This document shows positions 38,792-49,011 of a stretch of DNA of 64,000 nucleotides, one piece after another. The stretch covers positions 17,248-81,247 of the forward strand of contig JAAXIK010000289.1 in the NCBI GenBank assembly GCA_012270385.1, read 5' to 3'. Numbering within the stretch: the stretch's first letter is position 1; every line of letters starts with the position of its first letter. The position numbers and the translations under genes were made by a program. The notes under the pieces were generated by a model. It saw only the letters and a list, made by a program, of their open reading frames with translations. It made no database searches and was not told the DNA's origin. This stretch comes from Rubripirellula sp. GTDB taxonomy: Bacteria > Planctomycetota > Planctomycetia > Pirellulales > Pirellulaceae.

Positions 38792-41650
38792 TTACTTACT
38801 CTGGAAGACCTCGCTCTGCGCTATCTTCACAATCAACCGACTTAGGCGAAAGCCACTCTCTCTAAAGTCAACAACTAATTCTTCAACGACCAGTCGATCC
38901 TCCAGCACAAGCGACCGACCCAGCGCATAGGCCAACATATTTTTGACAATAGCCCTCGCTAGCCGTTCTTGTTCGTTCTCTAACAGATAATCCTTCAGGT
39001 CCTGAACCCCATCGATTTTCGTACCGTTGGGCAACACCGTCATCTGATCGACAGCACTGCGCACTGTCTTTTTTCCCACTTTCCGTTGCACTTGTTGACG
39101 TGCTAAGCCAATCGCATCGAACCCTTCGAAGGCGATTCCCCAAGGATCAATGCCGCGATGGCAGTCGTTGCAGGCTGACTTGGTTCGATGAATTTCAAGC
39201 TGTTCTTTGAGCGACAAGGAGACAAAATCTGGCTGTTCAGAATTGAGCTCCGGTACATCAGGTGGAGGTGGAGCAGGCGGGTCATCCAGAAGTCGATCTA
39301 AAATCCAGACAGCACGACGTATCGGATGAGAATCCTCGCCATCTGAATTGATCATTAAAAAACTAGCCTGCGTGAGCAAACCACCCCTCACGGAATCCGG
39401 CTCTAACTCGACGCGTTCAAAGACCTGTCCCTTTGGGTATCCGTTGGGATTGAAAATCCCATAGTGCTTTGCGAGCGGTTCGTTAAGCATAAGAAAATCG
39501 GAATCAAGGAGATTCATGATATTCAGATCTTGCGTAAGCAATTCGCCGAAAAACTCGCGTGTCTCATCCTTCATGGATGACTTTAGCTTATCGTCAAATT
39601 CTCGGTAGTAGTTGGGATTAATTGCAACGCGGTCTAAGCCATCGAGATCAAGCCATTGATCGGTGAAGTGTTTCACAAAGCGTTCTATACGAGAATCGGA
39701 AATCATGGAGAGCACTTTCTCTTCTAACACACTCTCTTTCGAGAGAAGATTAGAGTCCGCTAGTCTACTCAGCTCTTCGTCTGGCATCGTCGACCAAAGA
39801 AAATACGAAAGTCGTGACGCTAACTCATATTGGCTAAGCTTTTGATTTTGCTCTGAACCCGGTTCAACTAGGTAAAGAAACTCGGGAGAGATTAATATCA
39901 TCGCAAACGCTTCCCGCATCGCTTCCTCGAAGGATGGTGAAGCTGAACGTACCTGATCGTAAAAGGCAAGCACCGGTTCAACGTCGGTCACGCTCACGGG
40001 CCGCCGATAGGCTCGTCTCATGAAATTCTTAATCGCCAGCTTGGCGCGGTTTCTCTCTGGCCCATCAGATTTTGGCAACAACTGAGTATGGGATCGAGGA
40101 GGCCAGGTTTCGTACAAAGGACCTTCAAACTCAACGTAATCAACGACGAGAGCACTTCGAGGTGGTCCACTCGGCTCGGAATAAAACAGTTTTTTAGGAT
40201 AACGATCAATGGGATCAATACCCCGAAATGCTGCAAGAATCTGATGCCGCATCTCGAGGCTCTTTTGATTTAGATTTCTATACCGTGCAACGACCTCATC
40301 CGGATCCTCTTGAAGCATTTTCGCGAGATTTTTTAGTGCGTTAATTTCTTGATCAAGAGCCACCTGAATATCAAAAACCCGATACGCTAAATCGGTGCGG
40401 TTCACATGCTCCGGTGAAATAAGCCTCAGTTCCTCAATTTGCTTCTGAAGCTTATCGATTGAGGTTGTCGTTTTCTCCGCTAATGGAACACCCTTAATCT
40501 GATCCTGCGAGAAGGGCAGCTTAGGTCTGTTATTTTTTGTCGACTCCCCAATCTGTTTCTTTTGTTCTGAGTTGAAAGTGATAGCCCGGTATTTCTGCAC
40601 CTTCGGAGGTGGCAGTCCGTCATCGTAGGTATTGGACACTGTGATGGTCATGCCTGGAAATTTTGGATTGTGACCTGGTAATGGAAATTCCTCCATTCGA
40701 CCTCGGAACTCGTAGATTTGCTTCCGACTTTCCGAATTTCCTACATCACTTATTCCTAGAACTTTAGAAGGGCTCTGTGTATCTGATCTCATACCGAGAG
40801 ATACTTGCATGACAGGAAACCCCATGTTCTCCGGAACCTCAGAACCCGCCATGACTCGGATAGCAAACTCACCTTCCCGGGGGTATTCCAACATCTTGCC
40901 GGAGAATTTTCCCCCAGGAAGCATCCGATTACCGGTCAGACTTTGATCTCGGTTACTGCCGGCGGTAGATTTCTCAAAGCGATGAAGATGCACTTCAGGT
41001 GCAGGTCCTTGGACGATTACTTTATCAAGTGCATTACGAGCGGCTTCCAAATAGTACTCGATCTGTAATGGAGAAATCCCAAGTGCTGCGCCGTTATTTT
41101 TAAATCCATCAACTGAAGACGGCTCCGGGGGAAGATCGCGAGCAAAATCGAGTTTCACTCCGAGTAAATCTCGCAAAGTATTGTTGTACTCGTATCGATT
41201 CAATCTTCGCATGACTACCTGATTGCGATCACCTTTCCTTTCTCTCGCGACTCGATCCAGATTATCGCGGATCCATTTTGTCAACTCGGTTCGAGATTCC
41301 GAATCGATGGGTTGCTGCTCAGCGGGTGGCATTTCACCGCTGGCTACTTGATTAAGAACGTCATGCCACGTCTCCGCTGATAGTCCTTGAAATGTAGGAT
41401 CCAGAGAATCAATGCGAAGCATTGCCTTTGATTCCTCGGGACCATGACACGACACGCAGTTTGCAGCCAGGATCGGCTCAATGACATTGGCGTTCTTGTT
41501 GGAACCCAAATTTGATGGCTTGGCGCGGCTACCATCAATCTCTTGGCCGAAGCTTAAGGAAGATGGGATACCGGTTACTATCACCAACAAAAGTGCTGGC
41601 AAGGTCGCTGAATACCATCCTTGTTCAAGTTCGGCGCGAAGAGAGTTCAA
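38792..41650 (-). CDS. DUF1592-family diheme cytochrome c protein with helical insertion
   Basis: CVSCHG, GEMPP, RRLNRYEYNNTLRDL, YELASRLSYFLWSTMPD, SHPIRRAVWI, CNDCH..IDPWG. The TTG start is uncertain. Confidence 0.9.
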   Translation of the reverse strand: MNSLRAELEQGWYSATLPALLLVIVTGIPSSLSFGQEIDGSRAKPSNLGSNKNANVIEPILAANCVSCHGPEESKAMLRIDSLDPTFQGLSAETWHDVLNQVASGEMPPAEQQPIDSESRTELTKWIRDNLDRVARERKGDRNQVVMRRLNRYEYNNTLRDLLGVKLDFARDLPPEPSSVDGFKNNGAALGISPLQIEYYLEAARNALDKVIVQGPAPEVHLHRFEKSTAGSNRDQSLTGNRMLPGGKFSGKMLEYPREGEFAIRVMAGSEVPENMGFPVMQVSLGMRSDTQSPSKVLGISDVGNSESRKQIYEFRGRMEEFPLPGHNPKFPGMTITVSNTYDDGLPPPKVQKYRAITFNSEQKKQIGESTKNNRPKLPFSQDQIKGVPLAEKTTTSIDKLQKQIEELRLISPEHVNRTDLAYRVFDIQVALDQEINALKNLAKMLQEDPDEVVARYRNLNQKSLEMRHQILAAFRGIDPIDRYPKKLFYSEPSGPPRSALVVDYVEFEGPLYETWPPRSHTQLLPKSDGPERNRAKLAIKNFMRRAYRRPVSVTDVEPVLAFYDQVRSASPSFEEAMREAFAMILISPEFLYLVEPGSEQNQKLSQYELASRLSYFLWSTMPDEELSRLADSNLLSKESVLEEKVLSMISDSRIERFVKHFTDQWLDLDGLDRVAINPNYYREFDDKLKSSMKDETREFFGELLTQDLNIMNLLDSDFLMLNEPLAKHYGIFNPNGYPKGQVFERVELEPDSVRGGLLTQASFLMINSDGEDSHPIRRAVWILDRLLDDPPAPPPPDVPELNSEQPDFVSLSLKEQLEIHRTKSACNDCHRGIDPWGIAFEGFDAIGLARQQVQRKVGKKTVRSAVDQMTVLPNGTKIDGVQDLKDYLLENEQERLARAIVKNMLAYALGRSLVLEDRLVVEELVVDFRESGFRLSRLIVKIAQSEVFQSK

Positions 41651-42033
41651 GCTGGTCCCCTACAAATCCAGACAATTTTTCAAATCAGTCGAGGTCGATA
41701 CGAGTACGCCTCTGGTTCCAGTATAGACGAACCAAACCATTTTCGGAGCTTTTAAGTTGATTCAATGAAGTCAAGCGTGCGAACGAATATTCAACGTTTG
41801 CGTTTTCTTTCATTTATCTGCGTCAGACTCACTACAACAGCAATTTAGATCTCCATGTAATAAGCCGAGAAACACTACTTCTTAAAGATGCCGTAGAAAA
41901 TGTGTGGAAGATTCTTGGTGTGCCACAGCCTGCGTCTTGCTTTGCCTATAAGGTTGTAATCATGATTTGCTTTACCAATTCGATGTATGATGATCTATCG
42001 GTTCGAGGATCTACCTTTGGTCAGGCAATCATT

Positions 42034-43278
42034 ATGAAATCTTGGTTCATCGCTCTCCTGTCTTCATTGACAGCTTTTAGCTGGATGGTCTCATTGCAAG
42101 CAGGCGAGGTAGATCGTCCTAACATCTTATTCATCTTGGCAGATGATGTCGGTCGGGAAGTGCTCGGTTGCTACGGCGGCCAATCCTACGCTACTCCGAA
42201 CTTGGATAGACTCGCCGCAAGTGGCGCTCGCTTTAACCACTGTTATTCAATGCCAGTGTGCCATCCAACTCGCATCACTCTCCTGAGCGGGCAGTATCCA
42301 AGGCATCTGAATCACCCCAAGTGGGGCACGTATCCCCAAGCCGCAGAAGGTAAGACGTTTGCGAATATTGCGAACAGAGCCGGCTATGCGACAGCGGTGG
42401 CTGGAAAGTGGCAGCTTTGCATGATGGCCGAGAAACTCATGCACCCTCAGATGCTTGGTTTCGATCAGTGGTGTCTCTTTGGATGGCATGAGGGTCCAAG
42501 GTACCACCATCCAATGGTTTATGAGAACGGCCATCTAAGGACAGATACCGAAGGAGAATACGGGCCCAATTTATATGTCAAATTTCTGGCCAATTTTATC
42601 GACCGCAGCGTCCATGAAGGGAAACCCTTTTTAGCTTTCTATTCCATGGCACTGTGTCATGATGTGACAAACGATCTCGCTAAACCAGTGCCTTATGGCC
42701 CTCGGGGACGCTATGACAATTTTTCTGAGATGGTTGAAGAAATGGATCAGCAGATCGGTAAACTCATGAACCACTTGAAACAATCTCAGTTAGATCAGAA
42801 TACGCTAATCATTTTCACTTCTGACAATGGAACGGCCGCTAAATCAAAATTGAAAGCGATCAACAACAAGAATGAGTTCCGATATGAGCAAGTCCGTTCA
42901 GAATTTGAAGGACAGTACGTGAGAGGAGGGAAAGGGACGCTCACGGATTGGGGTACTCGTGTCCCAATGATTGCAGTCTGGAAAGACAAAATTCATCCGG
43001 GGCAAGAGTGGAATGATCTTGTTGATTTTAGCGATTTCCTGCCAACCATCACGGATCTCACCGGTGGGGAATCGCCCAAGGGTTTTGTCGCCGACGGTCA
43101 TAGCTTTGCCCCGCTTCTCAGAATCGGAGAGAGGACCACTCGAAAGTGGGCATACTCCGAAATGCGAGGACGTTTCTTTCTGAAAACTGAAAAGAGCAAG
43201 CTTTACAACACGGGTGAATTTTTCCATACCGATGACGATCCTTACGAACCATCCCCGCTTGATCCAACCAAGCTCTAA
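42034..43278 (+). CDS. Sulfatase (S1, Cys-type); C-terminal helix possibly cut off by a premature TAA
   Basis: RPNILFILADD, CHPTR..LLSG, AGKWQL, TSDNG. The frame continues 18 codons past the TAA to TGA 43335. Confidence 0.92.
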   Translation: MKSWFIALLSSLTAFSWMVSLQAGEVDRPNILFILADDVGREVLGCYGGQSYATPNLDRLAASGARFNHCYSMPVCHPTRITLLSGQYPRHLNHPKWGTYPQAAEGKTFANIANRAGYATAVAGKWQLCMMAEKLMHPQMLGFDQWCLFGWHEGPRYHHPMVYENGHLRTDTEGEYGPNLYVKFLANFIDRSVHEGKPFLAFYSMALCHDVTNDLAKPVPYGPRGRYDNFSEMVEEMDQQIGKLMNHLKQSQLDQNTLIIFTSDNGTAAKSKLKAINNKNEFRYEQVRSEFEGQYVRGGKGTLTDWGTRVPMIAVWKDKIHPGQEWNDLVDFSDFLPTITDLTGGESPKGFVADGHSFAPLLRIGERTTRKWAYSEMRGRFFLKTEKSKLYNTGEFFHTDDDPYEPSPLDPTKL

Positions 43279-43390
43279 GGGGAACTATCCTCTGATTTTG
43301 AGCTCCTGCAAGCAGCAATGAGAAAACAAAAGTGAATCTATTCTTTATGATTTGAACAGCATCTAAACGACTCTCTCACATCCCCAATCG

Positions 43391-44344
43391 ATGGCTCACA
43401 TGCTAAGGCTTCTTTCTCTTTTCTTAATCACAGTCGTCGGGTTGATGGGTGTGTCATTTGGAGAATCTAACCCGCTCGACAATGAACTGACTATTGAAGA
43501 GCTCAGCGATCGACTTGTCATCCGGCTAGGCGAAGAGGAATTACTTCATTACGTATTTGATGATTCCTCTATCCGTCGGCCCTATTTCGCCCACGTCAAA
43601 ACAGTGCAGGGTAATCAGGTCACAAGAAACCACCCTCCTATAAAGGGTATAGACTCGACTGATCACACTACGATGCATCCTGGCATCTGGATGGCTTTCG
43701 GCGATCTAAGTGGCGAGGACTTTTGGCGTAATCAGGGTTCCGTGGATCATGTGCGATTTATGGACAAGCCCAAAGTAGGAGCATCCAAAGCTGTTTTCAC
43801 AGAGGAGAAGTGTTATACGGCATCAGATGGAAGTGAAATATGTAAAGAGATCTTCCGATGGAAGTTGGAAGTTTTGAAAAATGGATTGCTGATGAGTTGG
43901 GAATCGACTTTCAAATCAGATCGGAACTTTTTCTTTGGTGATCAAGAGGAGATGGGCTTGGGCGTTCGCGTTGCAACACCCATGTCTGAAAAGTCTGGTG
44001 GTGGATTGGTGGACTCAGAGGGTCGAAGTGGCGCAAAAACTATCTGGAGCAACTCCGCAAGCTGGTGTGATTATCGGGGCGAGAAACATGATCGTTCCGT
44101 TGGGATTACAATTTTTTGCCACCCAAACAACTTTCGCCCATCATGGATGCACGCGAGAAACTACGGCTTAGTAGTAGCCAACCCATTTGGCCGCAAGGCA
44201 ATGGGAAAAGGAAAAAAAAGCCAGTGGGTAGTTCAAGCTAACGAATCCTTCGTACTGCGATATGGCGTTTGGATCCATGACACGGTGATTGGAGAAGAGA
44301 TTGACATAGATCCGACTTACCAGAAGTATATTCAATCAAATTGA
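43391..44344 (+). CDS. 'PmoA'-annotated / DUF6807 family exported protein
   Basis: RRPYFAHV, VTRNHP, DHTTMHPGIWM, EEMGLGVRVA, WCDY, HARNYGL..ANPFG; signal peptide. Confidence 0.82.
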   Translation: MAHMLRLLSLFLITVVGLMGVSFGESNPLDNELTIEELSDRLVIRLGEEELLHYVFDDSSIRRPYFAHVKTVQGNQVTRNHPPIKGIDSTDHTTMHPGIWMAFGDLSGEDFWRNQGSVDHVRFMDKPKVGASKAVFTEEKCYTASDGSEICKEIFRWKLEVLKNGLLMSWESTFKSDRNFFFGDQEEMGLGVRVATPMSEKSGGGLVDSEGRSGAKTIWSNSASWCDYRGEKHDRSVGITIFCHPNNFRPSWMHARNYGLVVANPFGRKAMGKGKKSQWVVQANESFVLRYGVWIHDTVIGEEIDIDPTYQKYIQSN

Positions 44345-44354
44345 TGAGAATCTA

Positions 44355-45839
44355 ATGGCGATTTTCACGCGAACTACCTTTTTAATTTTGGCTTTGAGTA
44401 CCTACACACTTGTGGCTCAAGAACGTGAGAGCCGAAAATTAAAGCCACCGAATATCCTCTTTATCGCCATTGACGATCTGCGTCCAGCGTTGGGCTGTTA
44501 TGGAGATCCACTTGCAAAAACCCCCTACATTGACCAATTTGCAAAAACCGCGAGGCAATTCAATCACGCCTATGTACAGCAAGCGGTCTGTGGTCCTTCA
44601 CGCGCTTCATTATTAACGGGGCTCCGCCCAGACCGGATCAGAGTGTGGCATAACCGTAATCAATTCAGGAATACCATTCCTGATCACATCACACTACCTG
44701 AATGCTTTAAGAATCAGGGCTACGTCACTCTAAGCCTTGGAAAAATATTTAGCGGAAATGCTGCAGAGCTCGATCCAAGATCTTGGTCACAGCCAGAGGT
44801 TTTACGTATTAAGAATTGGAAGAACTACCTTTTGCCTCGCAATCAGGGTTCATCGAAAAAACAGTCCGCGTATGAGGATGCCAATGTAGAAGATGACGGA
44901 TACCCAGATGGAAAACTGGCCAATCTTGCCATCAAAAAAATCTCGGATTTAAAGCACGATCAACAACCTTTCTTTTTGGCTGTTGGTTTCTTTAAACCTC
45001 ATCTACCCTTTAATGCACCCAAAAAATATTGGGATCTCCACGATCGCAATTCGTTTGTCTTGACTGAAAAACTCAGTCAAGTGGTGGATGACCATCCACC
45101 ACTTGCTTTGCATTCACATCGCGAATTGGGCGGATACAAAGATGTTCCCAAAGATGAATCTCTCTCCCCGGAACAAACCCAACTCTTAAGACATGGTTAC
45201 TACGCATGCGTAAGTTACGTGGATGCACAAGTTGGAAAGATATTGGATGCGTTAAAACGATATGATTTAGAAGGGAATACCATTGTTGTCATTTGGGGTG
45301 ACCACGGATTCGCTCTAGGAGAAGGCAGTCGATGGTGCAAAGGTACAAACTTTGAAATCGACACTCGTGTCCCCCTTTTGATTCGAACACCTGAGTTGAA
45401 CCAACCAGGTACCGCTACTAATTCCTTGGTTGAGATGGTCGATCTCTATCCAACCCTTACCTCTCTTGCTGGAATACCGGTAACCGAAAAACTGGATGGC
45501 CGAAACCTCACGCCGATTCTTCATAATCCCGCGGAGGAAGGTCGGGAGATGGTTTTAAGTCAATTTAACCGACCATGGACAAGCGATACCCCCAAGATCA
45601 TGGGCTACTCCATCAGAACTGAAACGATGCGATACACAAGATGGATGAATTGGATATCAAAACAAACCGTAGCGGAGGAACTATATCAATATGAAACCTC
45701 GAAGAATCAGACTCCTCAGGCAGCTACTTTTGTAGAACAACAAAATCTCGCATCACAACACCCAGAGTTACTAAAATCCCTGAGTCATCAAATGGACCGA
45801 TTCCTTTCCGAAGCAGCATCTGAGAGATTTGAAAGGTAG
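44355..45839 (+). CDS. Sulfatase (S1, iduronate-2-sulfatase-like)
   Basis: PNILFIAIDDLRP, CGPSRASLLTG, VGFFKPHLPF, GYYACVSYVDAQVG, WGDHG, MGYSIRT. Confidence 0.93.
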   Translation: MAIFTRTTFLILALSTYTLVAQERESRKLKPPNILFIAIDDLRPALGCYGDPLAKTPYIDQFAKTARQFNHAYVQQAVCGPSRASLLTGLRPDRIRVWHNRNQFRNTIPDHITLPECFKNQGYVTLSLGKIFSGNAAELDPRSWSQPEVLRIKNWKNYLLPRNQGSSKKQSAYEDANVEDDGYPDGKLANLAIKKISDLKHDQQPFFLAVGFFKPHLPFNAPKKYWDLHDRNSFVLTEKLSQVVDDHPPLALHSHRELGGYKDVPKDESLSPEQTQLLRHGYYACVSYVDAQVGKILDALKRYDLEGNTIVVIWGDHGFALGEGSRWCKGTNFEIDTRVPLLIRTPELNQPGTATNSLVEMVDLYPTLTSLAGIPVTEKLDGRNLTPILHNPAEEGREMVLSQFNRPWTSDTPKIMGYSIRTETMRYTRWMNWISKQTVAEELYQYETSKNQTPQAATFVEQQNLASQHPELLKSLSHQMDRFLSEAASERFER

Positions 45840-45971
45840 TCCACCATCTCACAGACACGGATTGGTGATTGCTCCGCGATGACCCGAGCAAAATATCCTG
45901 CGTGGCGGAACGCAAAGTAGACAACCGATACCTGCATTTAACCGAAACCCTAGGTTGATGGATTCAATAAC

Positions 45972-47447
45972 GTGCACCTATTGCCAGAGCTTTACGTCCC
46001 GTTTCTCATCGCACTATCTTATTTGCTTAGCGGTTCTGATCCCAGTCTCGCATCTACGCTTGGAGGGGAATCCCCACCCAACATCCTCTTGGTTTTATCC
46101 GATGATCATAGCATTCCACATTTAGGCTGTTACGGAAGCGAGAATTGTATTCGCTTCGACATCACGCCGAATCTCGACAGATTCGCTCAGGAGAGCATGC
46201 GATTCAATCGCGCCTACACCACTTCGCCTCAGTGCGCTCCGTCTCGTATTTCAATTTTTGCAGGACAATCTCCAGTTGGCTTAGGGGTGACTCGATTTGC
46301 ACAACCTCCACGTGGCGATGTGATCTTCTTCACTGACATTTTACGAAGCAATGGGTACTGGGTGGGTCTGGATGGTCGACATCAGCACCTAGATGGTCGA
46401 GCAAAGGAAGCAGCGCATATTGATTCCGTCCTTCGGGAAGAAGGAATGCAAAACCTGAGTGAGCGATTCGACCACTTTGTTAGACGAGCAAGCACAAAAG
46501 GCGAGCAGTTAGATCAAGTCACCCAGCAAGTCACCAAGGCGTTGAATAAAGTGCCCGAAGATAAGCCTTTCTTTCTCTATTTTGGTTTTAATCAGCCACA
46601 CCGAGGGTTTAGTAAGGAACACGAAGAAATTGACCCGGAAAAATTATCATTACCCCAAGATTGGCCCGATCTTCCCGAGGTAAGAATAGACTACGCGAGA
46701 TATCTCAATGAGGTACGTGATCTCGATAGAGGATTCGGGATGGTGCTTGATGTACTGAAAGAGAAAAAATTGGAAGAGAATACACTTGTGATTTTCATGG
46801 GTGACAATGGCGAAGCTTTATTACGGGGAAAAGGAACACTGTACGACAGGGGGACGCATGTTCCACTCATCGTTAGATGGCCAAATCGGATTGAAGAAGG
46901 TTCGCAAAGCGAAGCGTTGATCAGTGGAATTGATCTCAGTGCCACCATTCTCGAAGCGGCCGGATTGGAGATGCATGAAACAATGGATGGTTTGAGCTTT
47001 CTTCCACAGCTGCTTGGGATTGAGAGTAAGCCGCGAACTCATCTATTTGCCGAACGCGGCTGGCATTGGGGTCCGATTACCCGAACGGATGGGCTTGATT
47101 TTTCACGCTCGGTTACCAGCACGCGTTACCGCTATATTTACAATGCTCTACCGGACCGTAGTTACACGCCCGTTGATATGTCCAAGAAAGATGCTTGGAC
47201 TGCCATCACCGAGTCTCACAGGCAGGGGCAATTATCCAAACTTCATGAACGTCTCTATTTCCAGAACCCAAGACCGGTCATCGAACTATACGATCTCGAA
47301 AATGATCCGCTGGAGCTGCGCAACTTATCGGGTCGTCCTGGCTATGAGAATACCGAGCTTCAGTTACAAATGGAGCTTGAGCGATGGATGATTCGAGAGC
47401 ACGATTATCTGCCATTACCCTCGCACGCTATACAAAACGGCATCTGA
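45972..47447 (+). CDS. Sulfatase (S1, N-sulfoglucosamine sulfohydrolase-like)
   Basis: PNILLVLSDDH, CAPSR, QPHR, MGDNG, RGKGTLY, AERGWH, ELYDL. Confidence 0.92.
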   Translation: MHLLPELYVPFLIALSYLLSGSDPSLASTLGGESPPNILLVLSDDHSIPHLGCYGSENCIRFDITPNLDRFAQESMRFNRAYTTSPQCAPSRISIFAGQSPVGLGVTRFAQPPRGDVIFFTDILRSNGYWVGLDGRHQHLDGRAKEAAHIDSVLREEGMQNLSERFDHFVRRASTKGEQLDQVTQQVTKALNKVPEDKPFFLYFGFNQPHRGFSKEHEEIDPEKLSLPQDWPDLPEVRIDYARYLNEVRDLDRGFGMVLDVLKEKKLEENTLVIFMGDNGEALLRGKGTLYDRGTHVPLIVRWPNRIEEGSQSEALISGIDLSATILEAAGLEMHETMDGLSFLPQLLGIESKPRTHLFAERGWHWGPITRTDGLDFSRSVTSTRYRYIYNALPDRSYTPVDMSKKDAWTAITESHRQGQLSKLHERLYFQNPRPVIELYDLENDPLELRNLSGRPGYENTELQLQMELERWMIREHDYLPLPSHAIQNGI

Positions 47448-47535
47448 TAGGGTGTGGACATAGGCTAACAAAACGATCAATCAGACATCGAAACTCAACA
47501 TTGGAAAGCAGTGAAAAAACTGCTCAGTGGAAACC

Positions 47536-48870
47536 ATGATCCTACGTACTCTTTTTCTTTCCCTGATATCAATACTCTTCACATTCTCAAGTCACGCCAG
47601 AGAAAAACCAAACGTTATCCTCATACTTGCAGATGACGTTGGCTTTGAATGCTTCAGTGCCTACGGTAGCCGAGAATACTCAACACCGCGACTTGATGCA
47701 CTTGCGTCCAGTGGCACCCGTTTTAATAACTGTCACTCCACACCGCTCTGCACACCCAGCCGGGTGAATCTATTGTCAGGAAAGTCCAATGTGTTCAACT
47801 ACTTCGATTTTGGTATCTACCCAACAGGTGAACCCACCTTCGGTACTCACTTTCGAGACCATGGATATGCCACCGCAGTAGCTGGCAAGTGGCAGTTACT
47901 CAACGAAGCAGGCGGCATTACTCCCCAAGAGGCCGGGTTTAATACTTACTGTCTGTGGAACTTTCCGGGCGGAGGTCGGAATCGCTACTGGGATCCATCA
48001 CTAGTCAGTGATGGTAAAGTTCTGGAACTCCCTGAAAATAGCTACGGGCCGGATGTGGTAACGGATTTTCTGATCTCCTTCATCAGAAAAAACCATGAGA
48101 CACCGTTCCTCGCTTACTATCCGATGATACTGCCACACAACCCGTTCGTTACGACACCGAACAGCTCGAACCCAGAGTCAAAGGATCAGAAACAAAACTT
48201 CATCGACATGGTTCAGCACATTGACAAAAATGTGGGTCGAATCGAAGACACTTTGATTGAACTAGGTATTCGAGAAGAAACCCTAATTCTGTTCACAGGT
48301 GATAATGGTACGAATGCAAGTTTGACCTCGAAGCTACACGGCCAAAATATCCAAGGCGGTAAAGGTTTCACCCGAGACCATGGAACCCACGTCCCTTTGA
48401 TCGTGAACTGGCCGAACCAAGTGCAAGCTGGTCAGGTAGTGGACGACCTAATTTGCTTTTCTGACTTATTCCCCACCTTGGTCGAAGCCGCAGGTTTAGC
48501 TCCAAAACAGATTGCCCAAGGTGATGGATGGAGCTTTTGGCCTCAATGCACTGGAAAGGTTGGACGAAAACGTGACTGGATCTACTGCTATTATTTCCCG
48601 CGCCCTTCATCGACTAAGTATGACAATAAATACAACCATTTCGAAGTTCGTTTCGCGAGGAACAAAAGGTATAAGCTTTACGATAGCGGAAAAATGTATG
48701 ACACCATCAAAGATGTTGCTGAAGAAAATCCTCTTCCCGTGGGAGAGAGTGAATCGCCAGTTGAGATTGCTCGATCCAATCTGCAACGGGTGATCGATTC
48801 CTACCCAGAATCCGGAATAAAAGTGAATCGCATCAAACCACTTGGACCGGCTAAAGGAAGCTCGCAATAA
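47536..48870 (+). CDS. Sulfatase (S1, Cys-type)
   Basis: KPNVILILADD, CTPSR..LLSG, AGKWQL, TGDNGT; same GKWQL group as the genes at 10247 and 42034. Confidence 0.94.
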   Translation: MILRTLFLSLISILFTFSSHAREKPNVILILADDVGFECFSAYGSREYSTPRLDALASSGTRFNNCHSTPLCTPSRVNLLSGKSNVFNYFDFGIYPTGEPTFGTHFRDHGYATAVAGKWQLLNEAGGITPQEAGFNTYCLWNFPGGGRNRYWDPSLVSDGKVLELPENSYGPDVVTDFLISFIRKNHETPFLAYYPMILPHNPFVTTPNSSNPESKDQKQNFIDMVQHIDKNVGRIEDTLIELGIREETLILFTGDNGTNASLTSKLHGQNIQGGKGFTRDHGTHVPLIVNWPNQVQAGQVVDDLICFSDLFPTLVEAAGLAPKQIAQGDGWSFWPQCTGKVGRKRDWIYCYYFPRPSSTKYDNKYNHFEVRFARNKRYKLYDSGKMYDTIKDVAEENPLPVGESESPVEIARSNLQRVIDSYPESGIKVNRIKPLGPAKGSSQ

Positions 48871-49011
48871 TCGTCAACTCGATTGAATGCGGTGCATGGG
48901 TTGGGCAGTGAGCTTTGCTGTTGCGTAATCCGACAATCCTGGAAACTCCTAATGAAATAGAAGAATAACATTCACGCGAATTAACCCATTTAACCCGTTG
49001 CTTATGAATTG

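Noticed and set aside
6806-43278. TAA recoding or alternative genetic code suggested by two in-frame TAAs
   Set aside because: TAA is the genuine stop of many full-length genes here (for example 19737, 22484, 27224, 28649, 29399). Point mutation or sequencing error is simpler.
29499-44344. Particulate methane monooxygenase (pmoA)
   Set aside because: These are soluble exported proteins with no multi-TM pattern and no pmoB/pmoC. The 'PmoA' family label is misleading.
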